Shown here in pieces: positions 30,126 through 41,206 of a DNA stretch of 64,000 bases. The stretch covers positions 2,345-66,344 of the IMG/VR virus record IMGVR_UViG_3300027973_000059; one strand, written 5' to 3'. The notes below the pieces were generated by a model. The model was not told where the DNA came from. It saw only the letters and a list, made by a program, of their open reading frames with translations, and made no database searches. This DNA is from a virus. The first letter of the stretch is position 1. The number at the start of each line of letters is the position of its first letter. Made by a program: the position numbers and the translations under genes.

Positions 30126-33100
30126 ATGGCAGAAGAATTAAATATAGGACAGCAAGTTGAAAATCCAAATGATAAAATAAAGATACTCTATAATACAGTA
30201 TCTAAAGATTATGATTTGGGTGATTTTAATGAGTTTTCTAAAAAACTTCAAAATCCAGACAGTAGAAAAAAATTCTATGATGTTGTTGGTAAAGAATTTG
30301 ATTTAGGGGGCTATAACGATTTTATTGAAAGAATAACAATTACCCCTGAAAAAAAAAATCTTGGATTTCAAGATGTTTCGACAAATTTCCCTATTACATC
30401 AGTATCACCATCACAAAAAAGCGCTAAAGAAGCTTTACAAGAAGGTGCAGGGATGGCTGACAACAGTTTCCTTAGACAAATAAATGCATATAATCCATTA
30501 ATAGGGGTACTCCCTAAAGATGAAGGTATACTGCCATCAAAATATAAAGGTTTAGAAGAACCTTCTTTAAAAGAAATTCGTGAAGGAAGAAAAGAACCTA
30601 AACAATACTATAATGCTCCACTTGAAAAAGGAGTAATTTTTACAGGTGATACAGAGATGATGGCCTCCGGTTCAAAAATAACTGAAGAGGATGCTAAAAA
30701 GTTACCTTTAGACGTAACTATAAAAAATAAATTTGCACAAGATTATATTGAAAAAATAAGAAAAGAACCGACAAATTATGAAGTTGAAGGTTCTTATTTT
30801 GACCTATCTATGGACCCTATGGGTGGTATTCATCTTACTATAGCTCAAAATGCAATAGACCAATTTGTATCAAAAGCAGCTGAAATAGGCGCTGGTGCTG
30901 CGACATGGTTAAGAGATAATATTGAATCCACAGAAGGATTAGAGGAATCAAACATAAAAGATTTATATGCAAAAGGTGGTGAGCTAACACAAGCTGGTAA
31001 ATCAGCAACATGGTTTAATGACCCATTAGGTAAGGTTGTATTAGGTTTGAATGGAATTAAATCAGATTTTAGAGGAGATTTACAATATAATGGTAAATTA
31101 CCAGACACTATGTTTGGCAAATTAGTTAGTGGTGGTATTGGCATATTGCCAGATATAGCTGCTGTAACATTATTACCTGAAGTTGAATTATTTGAAGGTG
31201 CTGGGTTACTTGCTAAAGCAGGTAAATTTTTTACAAAAAAATTCCCATTATATTTAGGAGGTTCAAGGGCGATAGGTGAATATGGAGAAGCAAGAGAAGC
31301 AGGGGAAACCTCGGCAGAAGCTGTTGGTTCAGCATTGGAAGGAGGAGTTAAAGGATATGGCGAAGGTTTAGCTATGGAACTAGCAGGCATCCTTAGTGGG
31401 AAAGCAACTAGAGCAGCAATGAAACCATTAGAAAAAATGGGAATAACAGGAGCAAAAGGTCAAATTACAAAAGAAGGGATTAATACAATTACTGATGCAA
31501 TAGGCTATGGTGCTTTGGTATCGCTTGCATCTGCTGGAATGGAAGGAAGAACTCCAACAGCAGATGAATATATACAAGGAGTAGGTCTTTCATTGCCATT
31601 TAGTGCAATGAGAATATTTAAAAATGCAAGAACAAATGCTCAGTTAAATGATGCTGTAGATAAAATTGAAGCATTACAAGCTGGAATTAGTTTAGCTAAT
31701 TTTGTTGACGCGACTACTCCTAGTATTGTAGATGTTTTTAATGGTAAAGAAACCGCTGCTGAATTAAATTTAAAATCTTTAGAATTTGCTAAAAAAGCTA
31801 GAGAAACTACTGATTTAAAGTTAAAGCAAGATTATATTATACAATCAACAATTGCTAAAAAAGCAGCTAATGTTAAACAAATAGCTGAAACAGTAATTAA
31901 TGATAAAAATGGTTTTAAAGAATTTAGAGAAAGCAATTTGCCAGATGATATTAAACAAGCATTCTTAGACAAGGCAGCAGAAGTATATAAAGAATTAAAT
32001 CCTACTGAACAACAAAAAACAGATTTAGGTAAAAGAATAATACAAGCTCAAACATTTGTTGATGATATGACAAAGCAAATGGAGGCAGAAACAGACCCTG
32101 TTAAAAAAGCTGAGTTAAAATACCAAATAGACGAAACTAATAAATTATTAGAAAAACAAAATACTGATTTAACTGATATAATTGCTAAACAAGCAAAAGA
32201 AAGAGAAGAATATAATAAACCAGAACCTGAAGAAACAGAAAAGCCAACTAAAAAAATCAGAAAACCATCTCAAAAGAAAATACAAAAAGATATTGATAAT
32301 GGTAATATTGTATCATTTACTTATGCTAATGAATCAGAAGTGCCTGAACCATTCAAGAATAATATAACGTCTACAGGGGAAACTAATGGAGTAAAATTCG
32401 TAAGAGTTTCAGTGCCAAAATCTGTTGCTGATTATGAATTAAGTAAAATTAAAGAACTAACAGATGTACCGTTGGTAACAGAACCTACTGAAATTAAAGG
32501 TTTTAAAGTAATTAAAAGAGCGCAAGATGGACCTAATGGAGAACCTGTATATGAAGTAGAAGGAGGAAAATTTTTGACAGCAGATGGAAAAGAATTAAAA
32601 GGGGCTAAAGTTAAATTACCAAAAGAAGAAGTTACACCAACTGAAGATATATATTTTAATCAATTACATAGAACTGAAAAGTTTGATGATAATGCTTCTG
32701 TTTCTACTTATTTAGGTCATAATAAGAATGAAAAAAATATATTTTACACATTACCAAATAAGGGCATAATTTCTTATGATGAAGTAATACCTAATACAAA
32801 TCGTTTTACTATAACAGCTAATGCTAAAAATGACACGCCTGCTGATATAAAAAATGCTTTTGAAAGGGTTGAAAAATATTTACCTGCAAACCACGAATTA
32901 TTAGAAAATAAATCTATATCTGTTGATGGATTAAAAGTATGGGATAAATTTATTAAAGATAAAAAATATATAAAAACAGGTGAAATAAATGAGGTTCAAA
33001 TAACACCGATAGATAAAGCAAATATATTTAAAGATATAAAATATACTACTGAAAATAAATGGAGTGGAGCAAAATTTGAAAATAAAGGGGGAGCCGAAGC

Positions 33101-35942
33101 TTTAGCAAGAGTAGAGAAATATATAAAAGATAATAATCTTGATTTTAAAGTTAAATTAGATGGTGATGTTATTAAAGTAGAAGTTCCTGTATTAAGATAT
33201 AAGCCAACTGAACAAGTGAAACCAACTGAAGTAAAGGTAGAAGTAGAAGAAAAAATTGAACCAGTTGTTACACAAAAAGAAATTAAATCAACTGCTAATA
33301 AAATTAGAAGTTTAAAAATAAAGCTTGATAAGAACGTATTGCAATCAAATGTTGCAGGGGTCCCTATAGCTGTTTATAATGTGGCTATTGAATCTATAGC
33401 TAGAGCTGTAGAAGCAGGAGAAACTATAGCTAAAGCTGTAAAAGATGCTATTAAAAAATATAAATTAGATGAAAATAAAGGGTTTAATTTAGATGAATTT
33501 ACTAATGGCATTACATCAAAATTGCCAACATCAAAATATAAGAAAGGCGATGTATTAGATATTGAAGAAGGTGATTATAAAACAGCTGCTAAAGTAATTA
33601 AGCAAAATAAAGATAATTTTAAAAAGAATCCAGAAGCTGTAACACCAGAACCTCAGTTAGATAAGAATGGCAAACCAAAAATAGAAGTAACAGTAGGTGA
33701 TGATGGGAAAAGAAGTGTACAAATAATTTACAAAAGTGTTCCATATAATTTAGAGAATGGGGCATTAAAGTTTGTATCTAAAGATAGAAAAAAAGCAATA
33801 GATGTATTATCTAATAAATTAGTAGAAGATTATAATGAAAATAAAGATAAGCCAGAAATAAGCGCAGCTATTGGCTGGTATGGTAATATGAGAAATTGGT
33901 TCCAAAAAAACTTTGGCGCTAATATAGAAATGTTTGGGCAGCTTTTAGCGGCTACGTCAGCAAGAACAGAAGTAGTAGATAACTTCAAGCAAGCTGTTGA
34001 GGCAATGAGAAATTTATCTAAAGGCAAATATGATGAATTATTAAAAGATTATGATAATCATATAAAAAGTATTAAAGAATTATCTGATAGTGAATTATTA
34101 AAAAAATGGCAAGAAAAAAATCCCAATAAAAGATTGTCAGAATTTGTTCCTAATGATTATAGAAGATTTTTGATAAATCAATATGAAAAAGTTCCATTAA
34201 GAAGTAACGGTAAAAAATTTAATGCAAATAGCAAAAAGGTATTACAAGCCTTGCATGGTAACTGGATTGAACAAACAGAAGGTCCAAAAACAAAAAACTT
34301 TGCAGGTAATTTGACTGGACGTTCATTTGAAGCCACAATTGATGTTTGGGCAGCTAGGTATTTAAGAAGAAAAATATTTGAAGGCAAAACTAAAGAATGG
34401 AGAATTTTACCACAATCAGAAGGTGGCGTACAATATGGTAAATTAAAATCAGGCGGAATGTCTGGTGATTACCCATTTGCTGAAGAAGTAATGAAAAAAG
34501 CTGCTGATAAATTAGGTGTAAAAGCAGACGATTTACAAGCATTTTTATGGTATTTAGAAAAAGATGTATGGGATAAAAACAATTGGACAAATGTAATAGG
34601 TAAGAAAAAAGCTTCTTTTGAAGAGGCTGCAAAAGGTGTTGCATCTGATAGATACCAAGCTGCCGTAACTACATTTAGAACTCCAGAAACATTTGACCCA
34701 GTAAAATTTGAACAAGAAAGAAAAAGTCTTGAAAATGAAATAGGAAAAATACCGGGAATTATTATATCTAGAGTTAATGCTTCAGAAGGTGAGTTTAGAA
34801 GTGCCACAGATATATTTTTAGAACCAACATATGATGTTGAATTTACCGTAGACAAAAATGCTGATATTTCAAATGTAATAAGAAAAGTAAATGAAATACA
34901 AGCTAAATACGACCAAGATGCTACCATAATAAGCAGATTTGTAGATGCAAATCATCCAAATGCTAGACCAATTATAGAAATTGGCTTAGCTGAACCAGTA
35001 GAAAAATCAGATATAATTGAAGATATCAAAAAGACACTATCAGATTTGGATGTAAGAGGCTTTACAATAGCTAGAGATAGACAAGGCAAAATATTGGGAG
35101 TAAGGTCACAATTTGTGCCGGAATTTGAGGGTGATGTCAAAATGGAGGATGGATTAAATAGATTTGCAACTGCTTTTGAGAAAATTAACGAAAAATATGG
35201 GGATAATAAGAAAATTTCATACCTTTCCACCGATTTTGTAGACTCAAAAGTTAAATTTAAAGAAAATGGAACAACCGAAAATGAACAAAATGGCGGAAAT
35301 CGTCCTAAAGAACAAGGCATTCAGGGAGAACTACCAAAGCAAGAAACAAGACCCTCAGAAGGTATCAGTGACGCTTCTAAAGAACAAGGAAAACAAAATG
35401 GGGGACAACGAAATAGAGCAGGTGATGGAGTGGTTCCAGAATCAGAGATTCCCGGGATAGGCGAACAAAAAACAACCTCTAAGGAAAAAGTACAAGGAAT
35501 TGTTGCAAATGTAAGAAAAGCAAAAATTGACTTATCCAAACTAAGTGATGGAGGTCCTCAATCAAATATTTTAGGTTTACCAGTAGCTGTTTACAATGCA
35601 GCTTTAGAAACTATTGCAGTTGCTATAGAATCTGGAGCCACATTGGCGGATGCTATTGCATATGCTATTGAAAAACATAAATTAGAAAGAAAAGAAAAAT
35701 TCAATAAGCAAGAATTAATTAAACAATTAGAAGAACTTACTGGTGAAAAAGTAGAATCTGATAAAGAAATTACTGAAAAATTAAAAAATAAACCAAGAAC
35801 TTTAGCTGATGAATTTGCTGATGCTGAAAAACGCAAGAGCGAAAAATCAATTCAAAATGCAAAAAATAAAATAATAAAAGATAACTTTGGTAAAATAGTA
35901 GATGAACTTTTAAATAATAAAAAAATAGATAGGATATGTTAA
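30126..35942 (+). CDS. large polyvalent ejected protein
   Basis: 1938 aa, multi-domain; internal repeat flanking a WY...LLAATS...TIDVW...LQAFLW domain. Confidence 0.6.
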   Translation: MAEELNIGQQVENPNDKIKILYNTVSKDYDLGDFNEFSKKLQNPDSRKKFYDVVGKEFDLGGYNDFIERITITPEKKNLGFQDVSTNFPITSVSPSQKSAKEALQEGAGMADNSFLRQINAYNPLIGVLPKDEGILPSKYKGLEEPSLKEIREGRKEPKQYYNAPLEKGVIFTGDTEMMASGSKITEEDAKKLPLDVTIKNKFAQDYIEKIRKEPTNYEVEGSYFDLSMDPMGGIHLTIAQNAIDQFVSKAAEIGAGAATWLRDNIESTEGLEESNIKDLYAKGGELTQAGKSATWFNDPLGKVVLGLNGIKSDFRGDLQYNGKLPDTMFGKLVSGGIGILPDIAAVTLLPEVELFEGAGLLAKAGKFFTKKFPLYLGGSRAIGEYGEAREAGETSAEAVGSALEGGVKGYGEGLAMELAGILSGKATRAAMKPLEKMGITGAKGQITKEGINTITDAIGYGALVSLASAGMEGRTPTADEYIQGVGLSLPFSAMRIFKNARTNAQLNDAVDKIEALQAGISLANFVDATTPSIVDVFNGKETAAELNLKSLEFAKKARETTDLKLKQDYIIQSTIAKKAANVKQIAETVINDKNGFKEFRESNLPDDIKQAFLDKAAEVYKELNPTEQQKTDLGKRIIQAQTFVDDMTKQMEAETDPVKKAELKYQIDETNKLLEKQNTDLTDIIAKQAKEREEYNKPEPEETEKPTKKIRKPSQKKIQKDIDNGNIVSFTYANESEVPEPFKNNITSTGETNGVKFVRVSVPKSVADYELSKIKELTDVPLVTEPTEIKGFKVIKRAQDGPNGEPVYEVEGGKFLTADGKELKGAKVKLPKEEVTPTEDIYFNQLHRTEKFDDNASVSTYLGHNKNEKNIFYTLPNKGIISYDEVIPNTNRFTITANAKNDTPADIKNAFERVEKYLPANHELLENKSISVDGLKVWDKFIKDKKYIKTGEINEVQITPIDKANIFKDIKYTTENKWSGAKFENKGGAEALARVEKYIKDNNLDFKVKLDGDVIKVEVPVLRYKPTEQVKPTEVKVEVEEKIEPVVTQKEIKSTANKIRSLKIKLDKNVLQSNVAGVPIAVYNVAIESIARAVEAGETIAKAVKDAIKKYKLDENKGFNLDEFTNGITSKLPTSKYKKGDVLDIEEGDYKTAAKVIKQNKDNFKKNPEAVTPEPQLDKNGKPKIEVTVGDDGKRSVQIIYKSVPYNLENGALKFVSKDRKKAIDVLSNKLVEDYNENKDKPEISAAIGWYGNMRNWFQKNFGANIEMFGQLLAATSARTEVVDNFKQAVEAMRNLSKGKYDELLKDYDNHIKSIKELSDSELLKKWQEKNPNKRLSEFVPNDYRRFLINQYEKVPLRSNGKKFNANSKKVLQALHGNWIEQTEGPKTKNFAGNLTGRSFEATIDVWAARYLRRKIFEGKTKEWRILPQSEGGVQYGKLKSGGMSGDYPFAEEVMKKAADKLGVKADDLQAFLWYLEKDVWDKNNWTNVIGKKKASFEEAAKGVASDRYQAAVTTFRTPETFDPVKFEQERKSLENEIGKIPGIIISRVNASEGEFRSATDIFLEPTYDVEFTVDKNADISNVIRKVNEIQAKYDQDATIISRFVDANHPNARPIIEIGLAEPVEKSDIIEDIKKTLSDLDVRGFTIARDRQGKILGVRSQFVPEFEGDVKMEDGLNRFATAFEKINEKYGDNKKISYLSTDFVDSKVKFKENGTTENEQNGGNRPKEQGIQGELPKQETRPSEGISDASKEQGKQNGGQRNRAGDGVVPESEIPGIGEQKTTSKEKVQGIVANVRKAKIDLSKLSDGGPQSNILGLPVAVYNAALETIAVAIESGATLADAIAYAIEKHKLERKEKFNKQELIKQLEELTGEKVESDKEITEKLKNKPRTLADEFADAEKRKSEKSIQNAKNKIIKDNFGKIVDELLNNKKIDRIC

Positions 35943-36427
35943 AATCATTATTGTCTAAGGACATGAAAGAAGGTATGCAAGATGCAGTTCAAGTAGAACT
36001 GCAACAATCAAGTTTATGGAAAAGTCTAGCAAATCAAATGCAAAGATTAGGTTACTTTGGTAGTCAAAAGTATTTCTTAGCAGAAAGTGCTGAGGAATTA
36101 ACTCATTATCAGATGCATGTAGAGTTTATGAATGATATGGGGGATTGCGCAGATTTGCCAAAAATAGATGCAATTAACGATAAAGTAAAAACTATTGGTG
36201 ATGCATTAGAAATTGGTTATGAAATTGAAACAGATGTATATAATCAATACAAAGAATTTTATGAAAAAGCAGTATCTGAAGATGCTGTTGTTGCACAATA
36301 TTTATTGCAATTTTTACAAATTCAGCGTGAAGCAGTAGGTCAATATGGTGATTTATTAGCTAAATATAAAGTGGCTGAAGAAACTAAAGAAATTTTATTT
36401 TTTGATAAATCAATGGGCAAAATATAA
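35936..36427 (+). CDS. ferritin-like protein
   Basis: 163 aa; ferroxidase-type spacing E...EELTH...E...Q..E. Confidence 0.8.
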   Translation: MLKSLLSKDMKEGMQDAVQVELQQSSLWKSLANQMQRLGYFGSQKYFLAESAEELTHYQMHVEFMNDMGDCADLPKIDAINDKVKTIGDALEIGYEIETDVYNQYKEFYEKAVSEDAVVAQYLLQFLQIQREAVGQYGDLLAKYKVAEETKEILFFDKSMGKI

Positions 36428-39381
36428 TGGCAAATCCTTGCAAATATTACATAGGTAAAAAAGAATATACTGAAGATGAATTTAAAAAGTACCTTAAAGA
36501 AGGTGGCTTAGATAAGTTTATTGAAGAAGGTTTGGATATATCTAAAATTAATATTGGCAAAGAAGCTGCGCCAGTATCTGGGATTAAAAATGCTATTTCT
36601 GAAGAAACAAGAACTCAATTAGGGTTGCCATCTTTGAGAATACCAAATTTAGGGTTGAAAACAAATAATTTACTAGAAGGTAAAAGATTAGTTGATTCTG
36701 GAGAAATTAATCCAGAAACAGTAGTTGATAGAATACTTAATACAACAGATAAAGCTGTCAATACACAAGAAGCGCAGGTAATGCAATACTATACACGCCA
36801 ATTAAATACAGTTAGGAATGATGTAATTAATGAATTGGCTAATGAAAAATTAACAGCAACCGAAAGATTAGATTTAATAGGTAAATTAGGTCAATATGGT
36901 GACAGACTAGACCAAGTTACTGAAGCAAATATATTATCTGGTGGTGATTGGGGTAATGTAGGTAATATAAGACAAGATGTATATGATGAGGGGTATAATC
37001 CTGTCAAAGATAAAGCAGCTATTAAAGAAATATATGGTGGACAAATACCAGCAGAAATTAAAGCACAAATAGATAAAGCAAATAAAGAAAGAGATGAAGC
37101 CCTTATTGAAATGGCTAAAAGAGAAGAAATAATAAGACAACAAGAGGCGCAATTAAAAATACAAGAAGTTGCCAAAACAAAAGTTGGAGAAAAAGTTGAC
37201 CATAAAAAAGTAAGAGCTGATTTACTTTCAGAATTAAAAGAAGCCAAAGAAGAACATCTTAAAGATTTAAAGGATAAAGGTATTCAACAAATGGGGGGTA
37301 TAGATGGGGTAATATTGACTCCAAAAATGATTAAAATTATTGGTAAAATTGCCGCTGATTATGTAAAAGAAGGGTATGAAAATTTAGAAGATGTTATTTC
37401 TAAAGTATACGATGAAGTAAAAGGGATTGTGCCAAATATAACTAAAAAGGATGTTAGGGATACTTTAGTATTAAATGAATCTGGTAAGTTAGAAGAAAAA
37501 GCTACTAGAATTGAAAAAGAAGCTGAAAAATATAAAAAAGAAGGAGTTCCTGCAAAATCCACATCAAGGAAATTAAAAGAAAAATTTGAATCAGATGATG
37601 CTTGGGTAAAAGCTAGGCAAAGACTTAGTAATGCTAATAAGAAAATTCAACAAATTAAATCCGTTGCATATAATTCAAAGAAAAATATGTACGAAAAGGC
37701 TTTGTTATGGATTACAAAAACATTTAGAGGATTTGTATTAAGTAGTGCCGGTGTAACGGTAAAGTTAGCTAGTGCTATATTTACGGGGGGTATTATAAAA
37801 AGAATACCAGAACAAGCAATTGGAGTAGTATATTCAAAAATATATAAAGGTATTGCTGAAAAAGCTCCTATAGAAGGATTTGTTTATGCTAAATCAGAAT
37901 TAATATTTGTTAAAGAATTTTTTAACCCTAAAAAGCTTGCTCAAAATACAATACAAATATTAAAAGAAGGGCAAAGTGATTTAAGCAAAAGAGTCGGCGA
38001 TATGGTTCATGAAGACTTGACTGAAATAACAATGCCGGGTGAACAAAAAACAAAAGTATTAAAAATATTAAAAGCAACACTAAAAGGATATGATATGATT
38101 ATATCATTGCCCGGTAATTCTCACATGATGATTAAAGACCCATTAAAAAGAGCAACATACTATGCATCATATGAAAATGCGCTTATATGGGCTGAAAAAA
38201 ATGGATTGGATATAAATGACCCATTAGTTATAAATACTATAGAAAATGCTGCATATAAAAGAGCTAATTATGAAATATTCTTAGAAGACAATGCATTAAA
38301 TAAAAAATTTAAGGAATGGAAAGCTGAATTAGAGGCAATGGGACCATCAGGAGCTACATTAAAGGCTTTAGTAGATTTTGCAATACCGATTTCTACAGTC
38401 CCTACAAATATTGTTAGAAGGGTGTTCTCAACGTCTCCGCTTGGCTTGGCAAAGGGCATTTATCAAGCAGAAGTAGCTAAAAAAGCTTTAAAAAAGAGTA
38501 TTGATAATTTAGAAACAGAGCAAGCAGATGCAATTATGCGTCAATTAAAACAAGGCACATTAGGTACTGCTTTATGGTTGTTGGGCTGGTTTGGGTATGC
38601 TAGTTACGGAGGTCTTTATACTAAATTTGACCCAAATAAAAAAAGAGAAGAAGGCAGTTTATTGTCAGATGATATGGATATAAATGGCATTAAAATACCA
38701 AAACCTGTACAGCATGCGGTTCCATTAGAAGTTATTCAAATGGCAGCTACTTCAAGACGTATTTATGAAAATTATGTAGATAATAAAGGTGTTTCTAGTA
38801 CTAGCGCTTTAACAGCAGCTGCATTGGGTTCTATTGGTTCTATGATTGAACAAATACCTGTAGTTTCAACACCTATTTTACTTGCAGAATCAATACAAGA
38901 CCCAACTAAATTTGAAAAATTAAAAGAGGATTACAAAAATAGATTACAGCCAAGAATTTTACAACAATTGGGAGTAGTAGGGGATTCAGATGAAGAAAAA
39001 TTTATTAAAAAGCATAGCTCATCTGATAATATATATAAAAATGAGCTAAAAGCTTATGATAAAAATGGCAAAGAGCTAGTAGTTACAAATGATTTATTCT
39101 TCAAATATAGAGAGGAAATAGCTAAGGAAGAGGCTAAAAGATTAAAATACATGTATGACAAAGGAGCAATTGCATCAAACGGGAAACTAAAAGCATTTGA
39201 TGATTTAACAGATGAAGAGAAAAAGACCGAGATAGCAAGATTAAAAAGATTAGCTACTGATAAAATTAAAGAAAAAGTGTTAGGTCAAAAAACAATGACC
39301 ATGAAAGAAGCTGTTTTAAAATCAAATTTACAGCAAGCTAGAGAATTCTTTGAAATCAAATATCAGAGAGTAAACAAATAA
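36427..39381 (+). CDS. large putative ejected protein
   Basis: 984 aa, helical with hydrophobic segments; coupled to ferritin gene. Confidence 0.55.
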   Translation: MANPCKYYIGKKEYTEDEFKKYLKEGGLDKFIEEGLDISKINIGKEAAPVSGIKNAISEETRTQLGLPSLRIPNLGLKTNNLLEGKRLVDSGEINPETVVDRILNTTDKAVNTQEAQVMQYYTRQLNTVRNDVINELANEKLTATERLDLIGKLGQYGDRLDQVTEANILSGGDWGNVGNIRQDVYDEGYNPVKDKAAIKEIYGGQIPAEIKAQIDKANKERDEALIEMAKREEIIRQQEAQLKIQEVAKTKVGEKVDHKKVRADLLSELKEAKEEHLKDLKDKGIQQMGGIDGVILTPKMIKIIGKIAADYVKEGYENLEDVISKVYDEVKGIVPNITKKDVRDTLVLNESGKLEEKATRIEKEAEKYKKEGVPAKSTSRKLKEKFESDDAWVKARQRLSNANKKIQQIKSVAYNSKKNMYEKALLWITKTFRGFVLSSAGVTVKLASAIFTGGIIKRIPEQAIGVVYSKIYKGIAEKAPIEGFVYAKSELIFVKEFFNPKKLAQNTIQILKEGQSDLSKRVGDMVHEDLTEITMPGEQKTKVLKILKATLKGYDMIISLPGNSHMMIKDPLKRATYYASYENALIWAEKNGLDINDPLVINTIENAAYKRANYEIFLEDNALNKKFKEWKAELEAMGPSGATLKALVDFAIPISTVPTNIVRRVFSTSPLGLAKGIYQAEVAKKALKKSIDNLETEQADAIMRQLKQGTLGTALWLLGWFGYASYGGLYTKFDPNKKREEGSLLSDDMDINGIKIPKPVQHAVPLEVIQMAATSRRIYENYVDNKGVSSTSALTAAALGSIGSMIEQIPVVSTPILLAESIQDPTKFEKLKEDYKNRLQPRILQQLGVVGDSDEEKFIKKHSSSDNIYKNELKAYDKNGKELVVTNDLFFKYREEIAKEEAKRLKYMYDKGAIASNGKLKAFDDLTDEEKKTEIARLKRLATDKIKEKVLGQKTMTMKEAVLKSNLQQAREFFEIKYQRVNK

Positions 39382-39393
39382 ATTAAGTTAATT

Positions 39394-39558
39394 ATGCCAT
39401 ATAAATCAAAAGCTCAAGAAGCATACTTTAATATCCATAAAAAGGAGCTAGAAAGACAAGGGGTAAATGTTAACGAATGGAACAAAGCTAGCAAGGGCAA
39501 AAAGCTTCCTGAAAGAGTTACCAAGCTTCAGGCTATGAAGAAAAGAAAAATGGGCTAA
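39394..39558 (+). CDS. small basic protein (54 aa)
   Basis: Read manually: MPYKSKAQEAYFNIHKKELERQG...KLPERV. Confidence 0.6.
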   Translation: MPYKSKAQEAYFNIHKKELERQGVNVNEWNKASKGKKLPERVTKLQAMKKRKMG

Positions 39559-39600
39559 TATAGCCATAAATTTCTTATATTTGGGTAAAATTTTAGTACA

Positions 39601-40119
39601 ATGCCTATTTCCCCAAGTTTTACCGCGTCACAAAACAGCGGCACGCCTAATTTAATTTTTTTAACTGACACCTCAACGGGTTCAGATGTAACTATAACTA
39701 AGCGTAGAATTTATTTGTTACAATCAAATGGTACTTATTTGGTACCAGCAGGAACTAATACCGATTATATTGAGTGGGCATTGGTGGATACAACCACTAG
39801 TTTAAATGTACTAATTCAAGATACGGCATTAAGTATTACTGTCCAGTGGTTAACAGCTGGCAATGTAGAAGTCGCTAGTGTAACCACATCCTTTGCCTTT
39901 ACAGCATACAATGAAACTTTTTATTATGGTTTAACTGAAAGCCAAGTAGCAAATGCAAATCTAACAGCAAGCACTAACTGGTATCAAACTAAAATGATAC
40001 TTAGAGTAGAATTAGATTCTGCATACCAAGCTATATCTTTTGCATCTGATATATTCAGTGCGCAAGCAGCTTTAAACAGAGCGACATTCATTAGTACAAA
40101 CCAAAGTTATTTCTTCTAA
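39601..40119 (+). CDS. tail structural protein (Ig/PKD-like start)
   Basis: FTAS...LTDTSTG; downstream of TATATTTG at 39576-39583. Confidence 0.55.
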   Translation: MPISPSFTASQNSGTPNLIFLTDTSTGSDVTITKRRIYLLQSNGTYLVPAGTNTDYIEWALVDTTTSLNVLIQDTALSITVQWLTAGNVEVASVTTSFAFTAYNETFYYGLTESQVANANLTASTNWYQTKMILRVELDSAYQAISFASDIFSAQAALNRATFISTNQSYFF

Positions 40120-40129
40120 ATAAATAATA

Positions 40130-40657
40130 ATGCCAACACCAGCACAAGTATTATCAATAGCTAAAATATCTGAATACTTATGGAATGATGCAATTCCAAA
40201 GGAGAAAGGATTTTTCAATGGCACCATAGACCCAAGAAAAGCAGTTCAATTATATATGGAATGGAAAGCTTTGAATTATGGTCTTGACCAAAATATAAGC
40301 ACTATACCCGGCGTAAGTAATTACGTCTTTGCTCTTTGTGGGGCTAAAGTAGCAATAGCACAAGAAATATTAGCTAATGGTAGCTCTGGTGGTAGTGTAG
40401 TACCGGGCGGTGGTGGACAAGGCGTTCGTGAATACTCTAAGTTCGCAGTAGAAGGAACAGCTAGCATCACATTCTCTGAAGCAGTAAATACAACTTTACT
40501 TTACGCATCAAGAGGTGGTTTGGATGTTGGAACCATTATTACTTCAGGCACACCATCGGGGAACCAAGTTTTATGGACATCTTCCACCGGCACACTTACG
40601 GTTGCATCTACTGTACCTTTCTACTTAAATGAATTTGTTAGAATACTAGTTAAATAA
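40130..40657 (+). CDS. tail structural protein
   Basis: ORF before the fibre gene. Confidence 0.55.
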   Translation: MPTPAQVLSIAKISEYLWNDAIPKEKGFFNGTIDPRKAVQLYMEWKALNYGLDQNISTIPGVSNYVFALCGAKVAIAQEILANGSSGGSVVPGGGGQGVREYSKFAVEGTASITFSEAVNTTLLYASRGGLDVGTIITSGTPSGNQVLWTSSTGTLTVASTVPFYLNEFVRILVK

Positions 40658-40662
40658 AAACT

Positions 40663-41205
40663 ATGCGCCAAATAAAAGATTATTCAGATTATTTAGTTAC
40701 CGTAGATGGTAAAATATTTTCGCTTAAAAGTATGAGATTTTTAAGCCAAAATAATAAAACAAAAGCTGGGTATCCTCGTGTGCAAATGTTTAATGAGTAT
40801 GGCTTTAAATGGCAAACAATACATAGACTAGTCGCAGAAACATATTTACCAAACCCTGAAAATAAAGCTCAGGTAAACCATATGGATGGAAATAAGGCTA
40901 ATAACTTATTATGTAATTTAGAATGGGCAACGCCTTCTGAAAATCAAAAACACGCTTGTGATACTGGATTAAGAGTTGTGAATGAAAAAATGTTGAAAGC
41001 ATTAAGTGATGGAGGAAAGAAGAACGGAGCAGCAAATGGAAAAAAAGCTAGGTTAAAAACATCCAAAATTATTTTAGACGACTCAACAGGTATTTATTAT
41101 ACTGGTGTTAAAGAAGCTGCTGTTGCATTAGGTTTAAAACCAACTACATTAAGGGCTAGGTTGAGTGGACAAAATCAAAATTTAACAACATTTAAATACG
41201 TATAA
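40663..41205 (+). CDS. NUMOD4/HNH homing endonuclease
   Basis: YLVTVDGKIFS, IHRLVAETY, VNHMDGNKANN...NLEWAT.SEN..H. Confidence 0.9.
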   Translation: MRQIKDYSDYLVTVDGKIFSLKSMRFLSQNNKTKAGYPRVQMFNEYGFKWQTIHRLVAETYLPNPENKAQVNHMDGNKANNLLCNLEWATPSENQKHACDTGLRVVNEKMLKALSDGGKKNGAANGKKARLKTSKIILDDSTGIYYTGVKEAAVALGLKPTTLRARLSGQNQNLTTFKYV

Positions 41206-41206
41206 A

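Noticed and set aside
30126-39381. Virion RNA polymerase typical of Crassvirales
   Set aside because: No DFDxD-type catalytic motif seen, and host-type promoters occur throughout, so I do not assign the phage to Crassvirales proper
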